A DNA stretch of 64,000 nucleotides from Acidimicrobiia bacterium (GCA_040880725.1 JBBDHV010000030.1:26643-90642), one strand, 5' to 3'. Counted from the first letter of the stretch, positions 47,031 through 56,433 are shown. The notes: generated by a model not told the origin, from the sequence alone. Program-made: numbers and translations.

Positions 47031-47438
47031 ATGACCGACGACGGCAAACCGCGCATACTCGACATCGAGGACGAGACGCTCAGCAACGAGACGTTCCGAA
47101 CCACCGTGTGGACGGGCGAGCACCTCCAACTCACGGTGATGAGCATCGAGCCGGGTGACGACATCGGACTGGAAGTCCACCCGGACACCGATCAGTTCCT
47201 GCGGATCGAGCGGGGGCGGGGGCGTTGTCAGATGGGGCCGGCCGAGGATGAGCTGGATTTCGACGAGCAAGTCGGCGACGACTGGGTGGTGCTCGTTCCG
47301 GCAGGCACGTGGCACAACATCACCAACATCGGTGACGAACCGTTGAAGGTGTATGCGCTGTACGGCCCACCCGACCACGTACGAGGGACGGTGCACCCGA
47401 CCCATGAGGACGCCCGCCAGGATCCCAACGAGGACTGA
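47031..47438 (+). CDS. Cupin domain protein
   Basis: FRT..WTG.HLQ..VM, IGLEVH...DQF, VPAG.WHN, Y.PP.H; AAAGGAG RBS. Confidence 0.92.
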   Translation: MTDDGKPRILDIEDETLSNETFRTTVWTGEHLQLTVMSIEPGDDIGLEVHPDTDQFLRIERGRGRCQMGPAEDELDFDEQVGDDWVVLVPAGTWHNITNIGDEPLKVYALYGPPDHVRGTVHPTHEDARQDPNED

Positions 47439-47592
47439 GTGCGCCCCTCGGTTCGGAGGGCTCGGTCGGGATCCCGACGAAGTCATCCCTTGAATCAGTT
47501 GACGGAGGGCCAATCGAACCATCTGCGCGGTGGCCGTCGCGCATACGGGAGCGAATGTTGGGGAGACGCTGCCGAGCGACGACAATCAGACC

Positions 47593-48783
47593 ATGTCCGA
47601 GCGACGCGACGAGGTGGTGGACGGCCTGCTGGAACCCGCGCACACCGCCGCGCATCGTGCGCTGGTACGCCTCGACGACGATGACGTCCCTGCCGCACTT
47701 CGATCGGTCCGGGCGGCGTCCAAGAAGCGCACGCTCCCGCGACCCTTCCGCCGTGTGCTGGCCGCTCATCTGGAAGAAGCCTGGCTCCGCGACCTCGCAG
47801 TCGCAGAGTTGGCGAACGGCGACAGTCCGGCCGACCAGGCATCCCGTGCGTTTCTGACTCGTCCCGATGGCTGGCAACAACACATCGAGGCGCTGGCCCA
47901 ACAGCAGGAAGAACGCCAAGGGCGGCTGGATCTCGTCTCTGTCGAAGCCGAAAAGCGCCGCCTGGAGGAGGTGAACGACGAGTTGAGTCGCCGTCTTCGT
48001 GAAGCCGATGCCCGGATCCAGGACGTGGAACAGCATCTCGGCTCCGACGAGCGGCTCGAGGGCCTTCGGAATCGGGTCGAAGCTGCCAACCGGACGATCG
48101 CCCGGCTCGAATCCGAGATCGGTAACCGCTCGACCGAAGTCGCGCGGCTTCGAGCCGAGTTGGACGAAGCCGACGAGCGCATCGGTGTCCTGCGTGCCAA
48201 GGCAGCGCGCACGACAGACGCCGCTCGGGAGGGCAAAGAGGGGCACCGCGCCTTCGGGCGGGGACGACCGGTCGACACGGCCAGGTTTCTCGACGAACTG
48301 GTCGAGACGATGCGACCGCAACCGGGGACCGTCGAGGCCGGCGTCGAGGTGCCGCCATTGGCGTTGCCTCGTGGGATTCGCCCTGACTCCGACGAGGCGA
48401 TCGACTGGATCCGCACCGTCGAGCGCAGGGTGCTGGTTGTCGTCGACGGTCACAATGTGGCACACGACCTCGATTCCGAGCCGGGAAGGACTGCCCGCGA
48501 CCGGGTCGTCTCGGAGGTGGCTCGGCTCCGCAGGCTCTCCGACGGACCAGTGTCGGCCATCGTGTTCTTCGACACCGGCACCGATGCCGAGGCACACAGC
48601 AACTTCGGGGTGGCGGTTCGCTACGTCGAGGATGCCGATTCTGCGATCGAATCGGTCGTGGCCGCCGCGGACGTCGACTGCATCGTCATCAGCACCGACA
48701 AGGGAGTACGGGAGCGCACGGCGGTCCACGGTGCGTTGACGCTGTGGGGAACGGCACTTTCGGACTGGATCATGCGACGCTGA
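47593..48783 (+). CDS. Coiled-coil plus NYN/PIN-like (YacP-type) domain protein
   Basis: Long coiled coil, VVDGHNV, VFFD, AD..I, VISTD; start estimated. Confidence 0.85.
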   Translation: MSERRDEVVDGLLEPAHTAAHRALVRLDDDDVPAALRSVRAASKKRTLPRPFRRVLAAHLEEAWLRDLAVAELANGDSPADQASRAFLTRPDGWQQHIEALAQQQEERQGRLDLVSVEAEKRRLEEVNDELSRRLREADARIQDVEQHLGSDERLEGLRNRVEAANRTIARLESEIGNRSTEVARLRAELDEADERIGVLRAKAARTTDAAREGKEGHRAFGRGRPVDTARFLDELVETMRPQPGTVEAGVEVPPLALPRGIRPDSDEAIDWIRTVERRVLVVVDGHNVAHDLDSEPGRTARDRVVSEVARLRRLSDGPVSAIVFFDTGTDAEAHSNFGVAVRYVEDADSAIESVVAAADVDCIVISTDKGVRERTAVHGALTLWGTALSDWIMRR

Positions 48784-48854
48784 ACGTCGCCCCCGGCGGA
48801 CCGGTGGAGGCCCATTCCCCTCCCCACCGGCCCGCTCCGACCTCTGTCTGGCAC

Positions 48855-49061
48855 TCAGCCGGCAGCCGCTGCCGGCGGTTGGCGATCCTCGACCAGTCGC
48901 AACCGGGGGACCAGACCCACCTCCGAGAGTGCTTCGAGGGCGTCCTTTTCGGTGTCGTCGATCTCCAGGGGACCGGGACCGATCGACAGCAGGACGCCGA
49001 CGACACAGTCGTCACACGCCGTGGTGTCCCGCATGGAGCACCTGTCACAATCGATCAGCAC
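48855..49061 (-). CDS. Small conserved Cys-rich actinobacterial protein
   Basis: IDCDRC.......CDDCVV and E..AL..L...GLVP.LRL; GGAGG RBS. Confidence 0.85.
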   Translation of the reverse strand: MLIDCDRCSMRDTTACDDCVVGVLLSIGPGPLEIDDTEKDALEALSEVGLVPRLRLVEDRQPPAAAAG

Positions 49062-49091
49062 GTTGCACCTCCGTGGGAGTGGCCTGTGGAC

Positions 49092-49113
49092 AACATACGA
49101 ATCGGGTGTGACA
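49092..49113 (-). promoter_or_regulatory. RecA-NDp/PafBC-like promoter TGTCAC-N10-TATGTT
   Basis: Same architecture as 55871-55892. Confidence 0.6.
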
Positions 49114-49123
49114 CAATCTCGGG

Positions 49124-50164
49124 GTGACCGATCCTGTGGCCCTCGTCACCGCGGCGGGGGACGACCTCGACCGCCTCGGGTGGACCACCGCCGACCCGTT
49201 CCCCACCGTCCGGGTCGAAATCGAACGGCGAGTGGCGGACGGATCGTCCGGAAGGCTCGGGTTCACCTACCGCGACCCCGCACGGTCGACGACACCCACC
49301 GAATCATGGCCGTGGGCTCAGTCGATCGTCGTCGGACTCATGACCTACCTCCCGCACGCCGGCACTGCCACAGGACCTGGCAGGGTTGCCCGCTTCGCAG
49401 AGCGGAACCACTACCTGCCGCTCCGGTCATCGATGCAACACATCGCCGATGCACTGGTCGGTGGCGGATATCGCGCCGAAGTGGTCATCGATGACAGTCG
49501 ACTGGTCGACCGGGCGGCGGCGCATCGGGCAGGACTCGCCTGGTGGGGGAAGAACACGATGCTTCTCACGCCGGGGCTCGGACCGTGGTTCCTCATCGGA
49601 TGTGTGGTGACCGACGCGCCGCTACCCGACACCGCGGCGATGCAGCGTGACTGTGGGACGTGCTCTGCCTGTCTGCCCGCCTGTCCGACCGGAGCCCTCG
49701 TCCAGCCCGGAATCCTCGATGCCCGGCGATGTCTCGCCGCGATCCTGCAAGCCCCCGGGGACATCCCGGTCGAATACCGTGCCGCGGTCGGTGACCGTAT
49801 CTACGGATGCGACGACTGCATCGACGCCTGCCCGCCCGGTGCTCGACTTCGGGACACGGCCACCGACGACCGGGGGTCGGTGGACCCGGTCGAGGTGCTC
49901 GAGCTCGGCGATCGTGAACTCCTTGCCAGGTTCGGGCACTTCTATCTCCCGGGAGGCAATCCCCGCTTTCTTCGTCGCAACGCGCTCGTGGTGCTGGGCA
50001 ACGTGGGAGAGACGTCTCACCTCGTGCTGCTCGCCGGGTATCTCCTGCATCCCGACGCCATGCTGCAGGCCCACGCCCGCTGGGCGATCGGCACCATCGG
50101 CGGCCCGGTCGCTGAGAGAATCCTCGCCGGAGTTCAGTCCGAAGGGCGGCCCATCGGGAAGTAG
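49124..50164 (+). CDS. queG: Epoxyqueuosine reductase
   Basis: G.VARFA...Y, DR..A..AGL.W.GKN, CG.C..C..ACPT.A, YGCD.C...CP, RNA...LGN. Confidence 0.93.
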   Translation: MTDPVALVTAAGDDLDRLGWTTADPFPTVRVEIERRVADGSSGRLGFTYRDPARSTTPTESWPWAQSIVVGLMTYLPHAGTATGPGRVARFAERNHYLPLRSSMQHIADALVGGGYRAEVVIDDSRLVDRAAAHRAGLAWWGKNTMLLTPGLGPWFLIGCVVTDAPLPDTAAMQRDCGTCSACLPACPTGALVQPGILDARRCLAAILQAPGDIPVEYRAAVGDRIYGCDDCIDACPPGARLRDTATDDRGSVDPVEVLELGDRELLARFGHFYLPGGNPRFLRRNALVVLGNVGETSHLVLLAGYLLHPDAMLQAHARWAIGTIGGPVAERILAGVQSEGRPIGK

Positions 50165-52266
50165 GCGAGGTCGCAGTAGTCCGACAGCATTCGGTGAGAG
50201 GAGAACTGCACGAGGGAGGACACCACTGCCTCTTTCATCCGGTTCACCCACTCTTCGGGTACGCCGTCCGGGTTCTGGTCGTAGAACAGGGGAGCGATCT
50301 CGTCGGCGAGGGTGCGGTAGAAGTCGTCGGCGTCGTCATGATCGGCGGCTTCCCAATCGTCGTTTGCAGACTCGGAACCGAACACCCAGCCGTTCTTGCC
50401 GTTGTACCCCTCCACCCACCATCCGTCGAGCACCGAGAAGTTCAGTGTTCCGTTGATCGCCGCCTTCATCCCCGAAGTGCCACTGGCCTCCATCGGCGGG
50501 CGCGGATTGTTCACCCACACATCGACGCCCTGGGTCATGAAGCGGGCGATGCGGGCGTCATAGTCCTCGAGCATGAAGACATGGCCCCGGAACTCCTCGG
50601 ACTTCGAGACCTCGGTGATCTCCCGGATGAACGCCTGCCCGTACCGGTCGGCGGGATGGGCTTTGCCGGCGAACACGATCTGCACCGGTCGGTCCGGGTT
50701 CGTCAGGAGCGCATGCAGCCGTTCCCTGTCCCGGAAGAGCAGTGTCGCTCTCTTGTAGGTGGCGAACCGGCGAGCGAAGCCGAGAGTGAGGCGGCCGGTC
50801 GGCAGCATCGTCGAGACCGCAGCCAGCTCGTCGGGTGATCCGCCGTGGCGGGCGAGCTGGCGCCGGATCCGACCCCGCGCGAAACGGGCGAAGATCTCCT
50901 TGCGCCGCATGTGCGCTTCCCAGACCCCAGCGGAGTCGAGAAGCCGTCCTTCCTCGACGAGAGCGGGCTCTTCCAACAGCTTCGTCGGCCACTTCGAACC
51001 GAACCGGCGCGCCAGCATTCGCGCGCCATCCCGGCCGATCCACGACGGCGTGTGGACGCCGTTGGTGACATACGCGGCGTCGGCTCCGATCAGTTCCTTC
51101 CAGTCCGCAGTCGCCACGTCGCCGTGGCGTTTCGATACCCCGTTGGTGATCGAAGCGAAGCGGATCGCCAGCGACCCCAGGTCGAAGCGGTCGGTGCTCG
51201 TGCCGTCGGCACTCGCCAGAACCATGAGGTCGTCGATCCCGAGTCCGAGCTTCTCCGCCCACGGCATGAGGTATTTGGCTGCGATCGGGGCATCGAAGAC
51301 TTCGTTTCCGGCCGGAACGGGAGTGTGGAGGGTGAAGAGCGTCTGTGCTCGGATCTGCTCCTGGGCGGTCGCCAGAGTGGCGCCGGTCGACATGCGCTGG
51401 ACGGCTCGTTCCAGCAGGCTCATCGCCGAGTGGCCCTCATTGACGTGCCACACCGCCGGTTCGATCCCCAGTTCTTCCAGTGCGCGCACTCCTCCGACAC
51501 CCAGCACCAGCTCCTGGCAGAAGCGCATCTCACGCCCGGAGACGTAGAGCTGATGGGTGATCGGCCTGTCGTAGACGTTGTTCTCGGGGAGGTCGGTGTC
51601 GAGGAGAAGGAGGGGGACGCCACCCACATCCAATTTCCACACTGCGACGTACACCTCGCGGCCGGGAAACTCCACGGTGATCTTCAACTGTCCGCCGCCG
51701 TTCGCAGACACCGGCCGGACCGGCAGACGACGCAAGTCGAGTTCCGGATAGAAGTGCTGCTGGTCTCCGTCCATGTCCACTTCCTGGCGGAAGTAGCCCC
51801 TGCGGAACAACAGTCCGACGGCCACCAACGGGATGCCCAGGTCCGACGCCGACTTGAGGTGATCCCCGGCGAGAATCCCCAGCCCTCCCGAATAGAACGG
51901 CACGGAATTGTGGACGCCGAACTCGGTGCAGAAATACGCCACCGGGCCCGACATCGGGGACCCCTGACGCTCATACCACGTCTCCCGGTCGCCGGTGTAG
52001 GCGTCGAATGCGCTGAGCGCGCTGTGCGTCAGGTCGTGGATCGCTTCGACCTGTTCGATCTGCCGCCACCGGGTCGGGTCGATCGAAGAGAGCAGATCGA
52101 TCGGGTTGTGATATTGCTCCCAATGCAGCTGGTCGATCGACGCCCACAGGTCACGCCCCTCCGGGTGCCACGACCACCACAGGTTGTAGGCCAGGTCGGT
52201 CAGTCTCCGGAGACTGCGCGGAAGCACCAGCTCCGCATTGGGAAGAGTGGGGATGTCGAAGGTCAC
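50134..52266 (-). CDS. glgP: Alpha-glucan phosphorylase
   Basis: LAYNLWWSW, YSGGLG.LAGD, NEGH, ARRFATYKR, EASGTSGMK, S.LDGWW.EG. Confidence 0.96.
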   Translation of the reverse strand: MTFDIPTLPNAELVLPRSLRRLTDLAYNLWWSWHPEGRDLWASIDQLHWEQYHNPIDLLSSIDPTRWRQIEQVEAIHDLTHSALSAFDAYTGDRETWYERQGSPMSGPVAYFCTEFGVHNSVPFYSGGLGILAGDHLKSASDLGIPLVAVGLLFRRGYFRQEVDMDGDQQHFYPELDLRRLPVRPVSANGGGQLKITVEFPGREVYVAVWKLDVGGVPLLLLDTDLPENNVYDRPITHQLYVSGREMRFCQELVLGVGGVRALEELGIEPAVWHVNEGHSAMSLLERAVQRMSTGATLATAQEQIRAQTLFTLHTPVPAGNEVFDAPIAAKYLMPWAEKLGLGIDDLMVLASADGTSTDRFDLGSLAIRFASITNGVSKRHGDVATADWKELIGADAAYVTNGVHTPSWIGRDGARMLARRFGSKWPTKLLEEPALVEEGRLLDSAGVWEAHMRRKEIFARFARGRIRRQLARHGGSPDELAAVSTMLPTGRLTLGFARRFATYKRATLLFRDRERLHALLTNPDRPVQIVFAGKAHPADRYGQAFIREITEVSKSEEFRGHVFMLEDYDARIARFMTQGVDVWVNNPRPPMEASGTSGMKAAINGTLNFSVLDGWWVEGYNGKNGWVFGSESANDDWEAADHDDADDFYRTLADEIAPLFYDQNPDGVPEEWVNRMKEAVVSSLVQFSSHRMLSDYCDLAYFPMGRPSD

Positions 52267-52344
52267 AGGACCCCGCAAGTTAACTGCTCTGTCGCTCGGG
52301 GCGCGCAGGACGGGGTGGTGGTTTGCCTCGCACTTCGTAGGCGT

Positions 52345-53613
52345 TCAGTCGATGGCAGTGACTTCCAGTACGGGCAGAATGCCGCCGTCAGATGGTTGTC
52401 CGGCGATCGTCGGTTGGTCGGCACTGTCACTTGTCGTCTGAGCGTGACCGGTCGGGTCGGTGCTCGGTACGGACGAGACGGCGCCGTCCGTCTCCGGTGT
52501 CTCCGGTAGGTCGCCGACGACAGAGCCGGTGGTGTCGGTCGTCGCTTCGAGGATGTCATTGGTGGGTTCGTCCGCCTCGTCGAGGACGGTCGCGCCTGAG
52601 AGCTCGGACCAGACCCCGAGGGTTGCCACGAGGCTCGCGGGCGATACCACCGGAATCATCGACACCATGGCCTCACCGGGGGCGGCGACAATGCCGATCC
52701 GTGCAACGCTGTCGATGTCAGAGTCGGGGTGCGGGGCGGGCATGGTGGAGCGTGCGACGGTCCCGTCGACCTGGACTCTGGGCGCCAGAGTCGCTCCGTC
52801 CCCGGGCGCGAAGGGTGCGGCCGTGACGGCGGTGATCGCGACTGCTGCCGCGAGCCCGGCGGCGAGCCCCACGGCGGAGCCGGCGGACACCGCAGAGGCC
52901 GCGGCGGCGCTGACTGTGACCGCAGCGGAGTGAGTGCCGGCGGTGAAGGTTCCGGCGGACGCGGCTTCGGACAGCCAGTCGGCGAAGGGGCCTGGTCGAC
53001 GACTGAACGGCCGGCGGAGCACGAGAAGGCCGCCGCCGACGCTGGGGAGCCGATCGAGGTGTGCCCGCAATTTGTTCAGCGCTCGGGACTGGTAGACGCG
53101 GACTGCACCCTGGGACAGTCCGAGCCGCTCAGCGACCACCTTGACCGGCTGTTCGTCGATGATGCGCGCCTCGATGATCTGCCGGTCCCGTGCGGAGAGG
53201 ATGTCGAGGGCCGCGAAGGCGGAGGCGGCGGTTTCGTGGTCGTCGTAGATGATCTCAGGCGAAGCGACCACTGGCGAGACGGCGGTGTCGGCGGGAGAGT
53301 CAGTGAGGACTTCGGGGCTGGCGTACCACCGCCGTTGAGTGTCGGTGATCCGTCGGAACGCAATCGTGTACAGCCATTTGCCGAATTCGTAGGACGTGCC
53401 TGCGAACCGATCGCGGGAGGCGTAGGCGTCGGCGAGAACTTCGCCGGCGACTGATTCCGGATCGGAGCATCCCTTCTTACGGGCGTAGCCGACGAGACGT
53501 GACCAATGATCCCGGGCCAGGTCGTCCCAGGTGTACCCGTCCGATGTCACCGTCAGGTCGGTCGTCGACAGTGTTCGGGTCTGAGTTGCTGTGAGAGTTG
53601 TGGATCTGATCAT
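52345..53613 (-). CDS. ECF sigma factor with long C-terminal extension (Ala-rich hydrophobic segment plus acidic low-complexity tail)
   Basis: WLYTIA.RR..D, L..RDRQII, VA..LG.S.GAVRV.Q.RAL; about 220 extra residues; start uncertain. Confidence 0.8.
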   Translation of the reverse strand: MIRSTTLTATQTRTLSTTDLTVTSDGYTWDDLARDHWSRLVGYARKKGCSDPESVAGEVLADAYASRDRFAGTSYEFGKWLYTIAFRRITDTQRRWYASPEVLTDSPADTAVSPVVASPEIIYDDHETAASAFAALDILSARDRQIIEARIIDEQPVKVVAERLGLSQGAVRVYQSRALNKLRAHLDRLPSVGGGLLVLRRPFSRRPGPFADWLSEAASAGTFTAGTHSAAVTVSAAAASAVSAGSAVGLAAGLAAAVAITAVTAAPFAPGDGATLAPRVQVDGTVARSTMPAPHPDSDIDSVARIGIVAAPGEAMVSMIPVVSPASLVATLGVWSELSGATVLDEADEPTNDILEATTDTTGSVVGDLPETPETDGAVSSVPSTDPTGHAQTTSDSADQPTIAGQPSDGGILPVLEVTAID

Positions 53614-53659
53614 TCGTGAAAGTCCGGACAAGAGCTGCTGGCGGATGCTGTGCGGGAGT

Positions 53660-53700
53660 GCCTGCCTTCGAACGGGCCGCGCGCTCGTTCGAAGGCAGGC
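53660..53700. terminator. Strong hairpin between the single-TM protein gene and sigma gene
   Basis: GCCTGCCTTCGAACG / CGTTCGAAGGCAGGC perfect 15-bp stem, no U-tract. Confidence 0.55.
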
Positions 53701-53741
53701 CGGCGGTTTGTCGCTTGCGTATGTGCCAGTGCTGCGTTGGA

Positions 53742-54296
53742 TCAGCCGTTCAGGCCGATCTCGGAGCTCATTGTCGCTGAGCCTTCAACGCTTGCAACGG
53801 CGTCAACTGGAGCTTCCACCGTCACGTCAGTGTCGGTGTCCAGGCCGAACTCGGCGTTGAGGTTGGCAGTGCCAACGCCAGCCGTCTCACCTTTCGCGTT
53901 GGCGGCTGTTTCACCCTTGGAGGATGCGACGGCCACGACGGCAGCCTTTTCAGTGTCAGACGCTTCGTCTTCGCCGTTGTTACCCGCTCCCAGGGCGGCT
54001 TCGGTCACGGCGGAGGCGTGCGCAACCGCGTTGGTGGCAATGTCGGCCGCGGGCGTGTCCCCAACGTTGGCCGCCACATGGCCGGCCAGGTCGGCGCGGG
54101 CGTCGACGCCGGTCTCGACGGTGGCTTCTATCCCGGACGGTTCGCTGCGGGCGTCGGCTGCGACATCCGCTTCGGCGGTCACCGCACCACCAGCCACCGC
54201 TTCGACCGGTGCCGGGTCAGGGGACCCGACCGCTGCGGCTCCGCCGATGACGGCTGTGGCAGTGAGGGCCGCGATCAGTTGAATCGTGTTTGTCAT
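53742..54296 (-). CDS. Ala/Thr/acidic low-complexity single-TM or secreted protein (alternative in-frame start near 54464)
   Basis: AGGAG RBS before MTNTIQLIAALTATAVIGG; frame also open from MGLRQW with GGGAG RBS. Confidence 0.65.
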   Translation of the reverse strand: MTNTIQLIAALTATAVIGGAAAVGSPDPAPVEAVAGGAVTAEADVAADARSEPSGIEATVETGVDARADLAGHVAANVGDTPAADIATNAVAHASAVTEAALGAGNNGEDEASDTEKAAVVAVASSKGETAANAKGETAGVGTANLNAEFGLDTDTDVTVEAPVDAVASVEGSATMSSEIGLNG

Positions 54297-54342
54297 TGCT
54301 TCTCCTACTTGTCCGTACACGGCTGAGACTTTCTCAACCCCC

Positions 54343-54467
54343 GAGATGGGTCCCGAGTGGGCTGATACAGCCGCTTCGGCTTTCATCCGGACGATCCACG
54401 AGGCGAGTGGTTCGTCCGCCGGTAGCCGGTCTGTGCCGTATCTGATCCACTGTCGTAGTCCCATCTC
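54343..54467 (-). ncRNA. Candidate structured RNA: 125-nt rod-like hairpin
   Basis: Six nested helices of 8, 5, 8, 5, 7 and 4 bp with near-symmetric internal loops; a G-U pair favours the minus strand. Confidence 0.45.
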
Positions 54468-54477
54468 ACTCCCCGTA

Positions 54478-54502
54478 ATCGGATGGGACCGCCTGGCGTT
54501 AC
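54478..54502 (-). promoter_or_regulatory. Candidate SigD-type ECF promoter GTAACG-N16-GAT
   Basis: Matches the GTAAC..GAT pattern and the site at 30663-30687. Confidence 0.6.
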
Positions 54503-54778
54503 ACCCGATGTGGCGGTTCTTGGAGCAGCGCTCGTATGCGCGACGAGAGAGAAACTCCGGAATCTCGAATGCTCGTGCAGCATGGCGGGTCACCGAGGAT
54601 GTCCCACGACAAATAGGCCCGCGAGGGGCCGGTCGATCTGAGTTCGGATGTGTGGATGGCTGTTTGATCGTGCGATGGGGGCGATCCCCCTGCGCCCGCC
54701 GGACACGTGGCTGATGTCGGGTGTGCGGGCGTTTCGCTCGATGCCCCTGAGGGGCGAAGTTGTGGAGGTCGACGCGGT

Positions 54779-55864
54779 TCAGGGTCCGGCGCGGACCGGA
54801 CGGCGACGCAGGAACGTGCGTCGTTGCGGCGGCGAGGCAGCGTCGATCTGCCTGCCCTGTTGGTGGATGACCACATGATGGTGATACCAACACACCGTGA
54901 TCAGATTGTCCGGATCATGGGTCCCACCCTCCGAGTAGGGGATGAGATGGTGGGGTTGGAGCCGGGTACGGGAGTTGCAGCCGGCGATGACACAACGATG
55001 TCCGTCCCGTTGCAGCACCAGCCTGCGCACCGTTGAGGGGATCGTCCGGGATGTGGGTGTGGTCGACACTGTCCGGGTGTCATGGTCAAAGAAGATGACC
55101 TGTCCGGTCCCCGAACAGAGGATCTCGGCGAGGGTGTTCGGTCCGATACGCGGTCCGGAGACGACACTGGCTCCCGCCTGACCGTTGGTGACTGATGCGA
55201 GGTTGCCGTCGATGAAGATCTCCGCCGCCAGGTCATGACCGCCGATCTCACCCGACAGCCATTCGGATGCGACCGACACCAACCCGTCGGCCCGGTCCTG
55301 GGAGGTGGTGGTGTCGGGGTTGTCGGGGAGGGTGTCGACCGCGGTCTGGATGGCCTTGTCCACGATCCGTCCGTCCACACCGGAGAGCTGTCCCCACACT
55401 TTCCACGATGACTCGTCCAACGACGGCTGCAGATGCAGGTACCGGTCCGAGAAGCTGTCGGATTCGTCCTGGCTGCTGATCCGCCGATGTTGGGAGACCA
55501 TCTGGCGGACCCCTGCGAGGTCTCGTCCCCAACTGTGCGCAATGGTGTTCTCGTCGGCCCCGGCAGTCCGCAGGCCGGTGACCGCGGCGGCCCGGTCGGT
55601 GGTGATCTGTCCGTCTTCGAGGGCGGTTTCCACATCGGGGTCTTCGGCCCGGGCCAAGGCGACCAGCGTCCTTGCGGTGGAAGTTTCGAGGTCGAAACGG
55701 CCTGCCACCCACTCCACCAGGGTGCGGGCCCCGTCCACAGTGGCGGCCTGGGCGACGTCCAACTCCCGCAGGATCTGCAAGCAGAGGGCATCCAGGCGGG
55801 AGCCTGCTGCGATCAACTCGGCGAAGTCCCGTTCCAGGGCATCGATGGTCCTCGTTTCATCCAT
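54779..55864 (-). CDS. DUF222/HNH endonuclease (13E12-repeat-like family)
   Basis: G.RT..EW, RADGL, RD.HRC..AGC, HH....S.GG.....NL...C.YHH...H. Confidence 0.9.
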   Translation of the reverse strand: MDETRTIDALERDFAELIAAGSRLDALCLQILRELDVAQAATVDGARTLVEWVAGRFDLETSTARTLVALARAEDPDVETALEDGQITTDRAAAVTGLRTAGADENTIAHSWGRDLAGVRQMVSQHRRISSQDESDSFSDRYLHLQPSLDESSWKVWGQLSGVDGRIVDKAIQTAVDTLPDNPDTTTSQDRADGLVSVASEWLSGEIGGHDLAAEIFIDGNLASVTNGQAGASVVSGPRIGPNTLAEILCSGTGQVIFFDHDTRTVSTTPTSRTIPSTVRRLVLQRDGHRCVIAGCNSRTRLQPHHLIPYSEGGTHDPDNLITVCWYHHHVVIHQQGRQIDAASPPQRRTFLRRRPVRAGP

Positions 55865-55870
55865 GCGACC

Positions 55871-55913
55871 AACGTACAGGAGGGGTGTGACAGAAAGTCG
55901 AACGCCTGTTCGA
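55871..55913 (-). promoter_or_regulatory. PafBC-like promoter (TGTCAC-N10-TACGTT) plus perfect LexA box
   Basis: TCGAAC-gcct-GTTCGA at 55898-55913; -10 lies 6 nt before ATG. Confidence 0.8.
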
Positions 55914-55934
55914 TCCATTCGAGAAATTCTCGAT

Positions 55935-56008
55935 TCAGGCTGAACCACTGCCGTACGGGCGGGTGATGACTCGAGCATGTGGCCGTCGGGGTCCTCGAAG
56001 TAGACGCC
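55935..56008 (-). pseudogene. C-terminal remnant of a VOC/glyoxalase gene
   Basis: GVYFEDPDGHMLE, then after a 1-nt shift ITRPYG..*. Confidence 0.65.
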
Positions 56009-56052
56009 GTCGACGGGAGTCGGGCGACGGGGGTCGTCGGTAGTGTCGGCAG

Positions 56053-56433
56053 ATGCCCGAGAACCAAGACGTGCCCGCCTCCGAACTCATCGACCGCTAC
56101 ATCTCCGGGATCGACGACTGGCGGGGCGAGCGGCTCGCCCACATCCGCGACCTCATCCACGAGGCGGACCCGGATGTGGAAGAGACGTTCAAGTGGCGCG
56201 GGAACCCGGTGTGGGAACACGACGGCATCATCTGCGTCGCCGGTGCCTTCAAGTCCAAGGTCAAGATCACCTTCCACAGTGGGGCCTTCATCGAGGACCC
56301 GAAGAGCGTGTTCAACAACGGACTCGACGGAAACAAGTGGCGGGCGATCGACATCACCGAGGACCATGTCCTCGACGAGGCGGCTTTCCAGGGACTGATT
56401 TCCGCGGCGGTCGCTCACAACACGGCGAGGTAG
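56053..56433 (+). CDS. DUF1801 (YdhG-like) protein
   Basis: DWRG..L..IR.LI..ADP...E..KW.G.PVW...G, DP...FN.GLDGN..R.ID. Confidence 0.9.
   Translation: MPENQDVPASELIDRYISGIDDWRGERLAHIRDLIHEADPDVEETFKWRGNPVWEHDGIICVAGAFKSKVKITFHSGAFIEDPKSVFNNGLDGNKWRAIDITEDHVLDEAAFQGLISAAVAHNTAR

Noticed and set aside
54343-54467. SRP RNA, hammerhead ribozyme or known riboswitch
   Set aside because: No SRP domain IV motif, no CUGAUGA/GAAA core and no recognisable aptamer consensus
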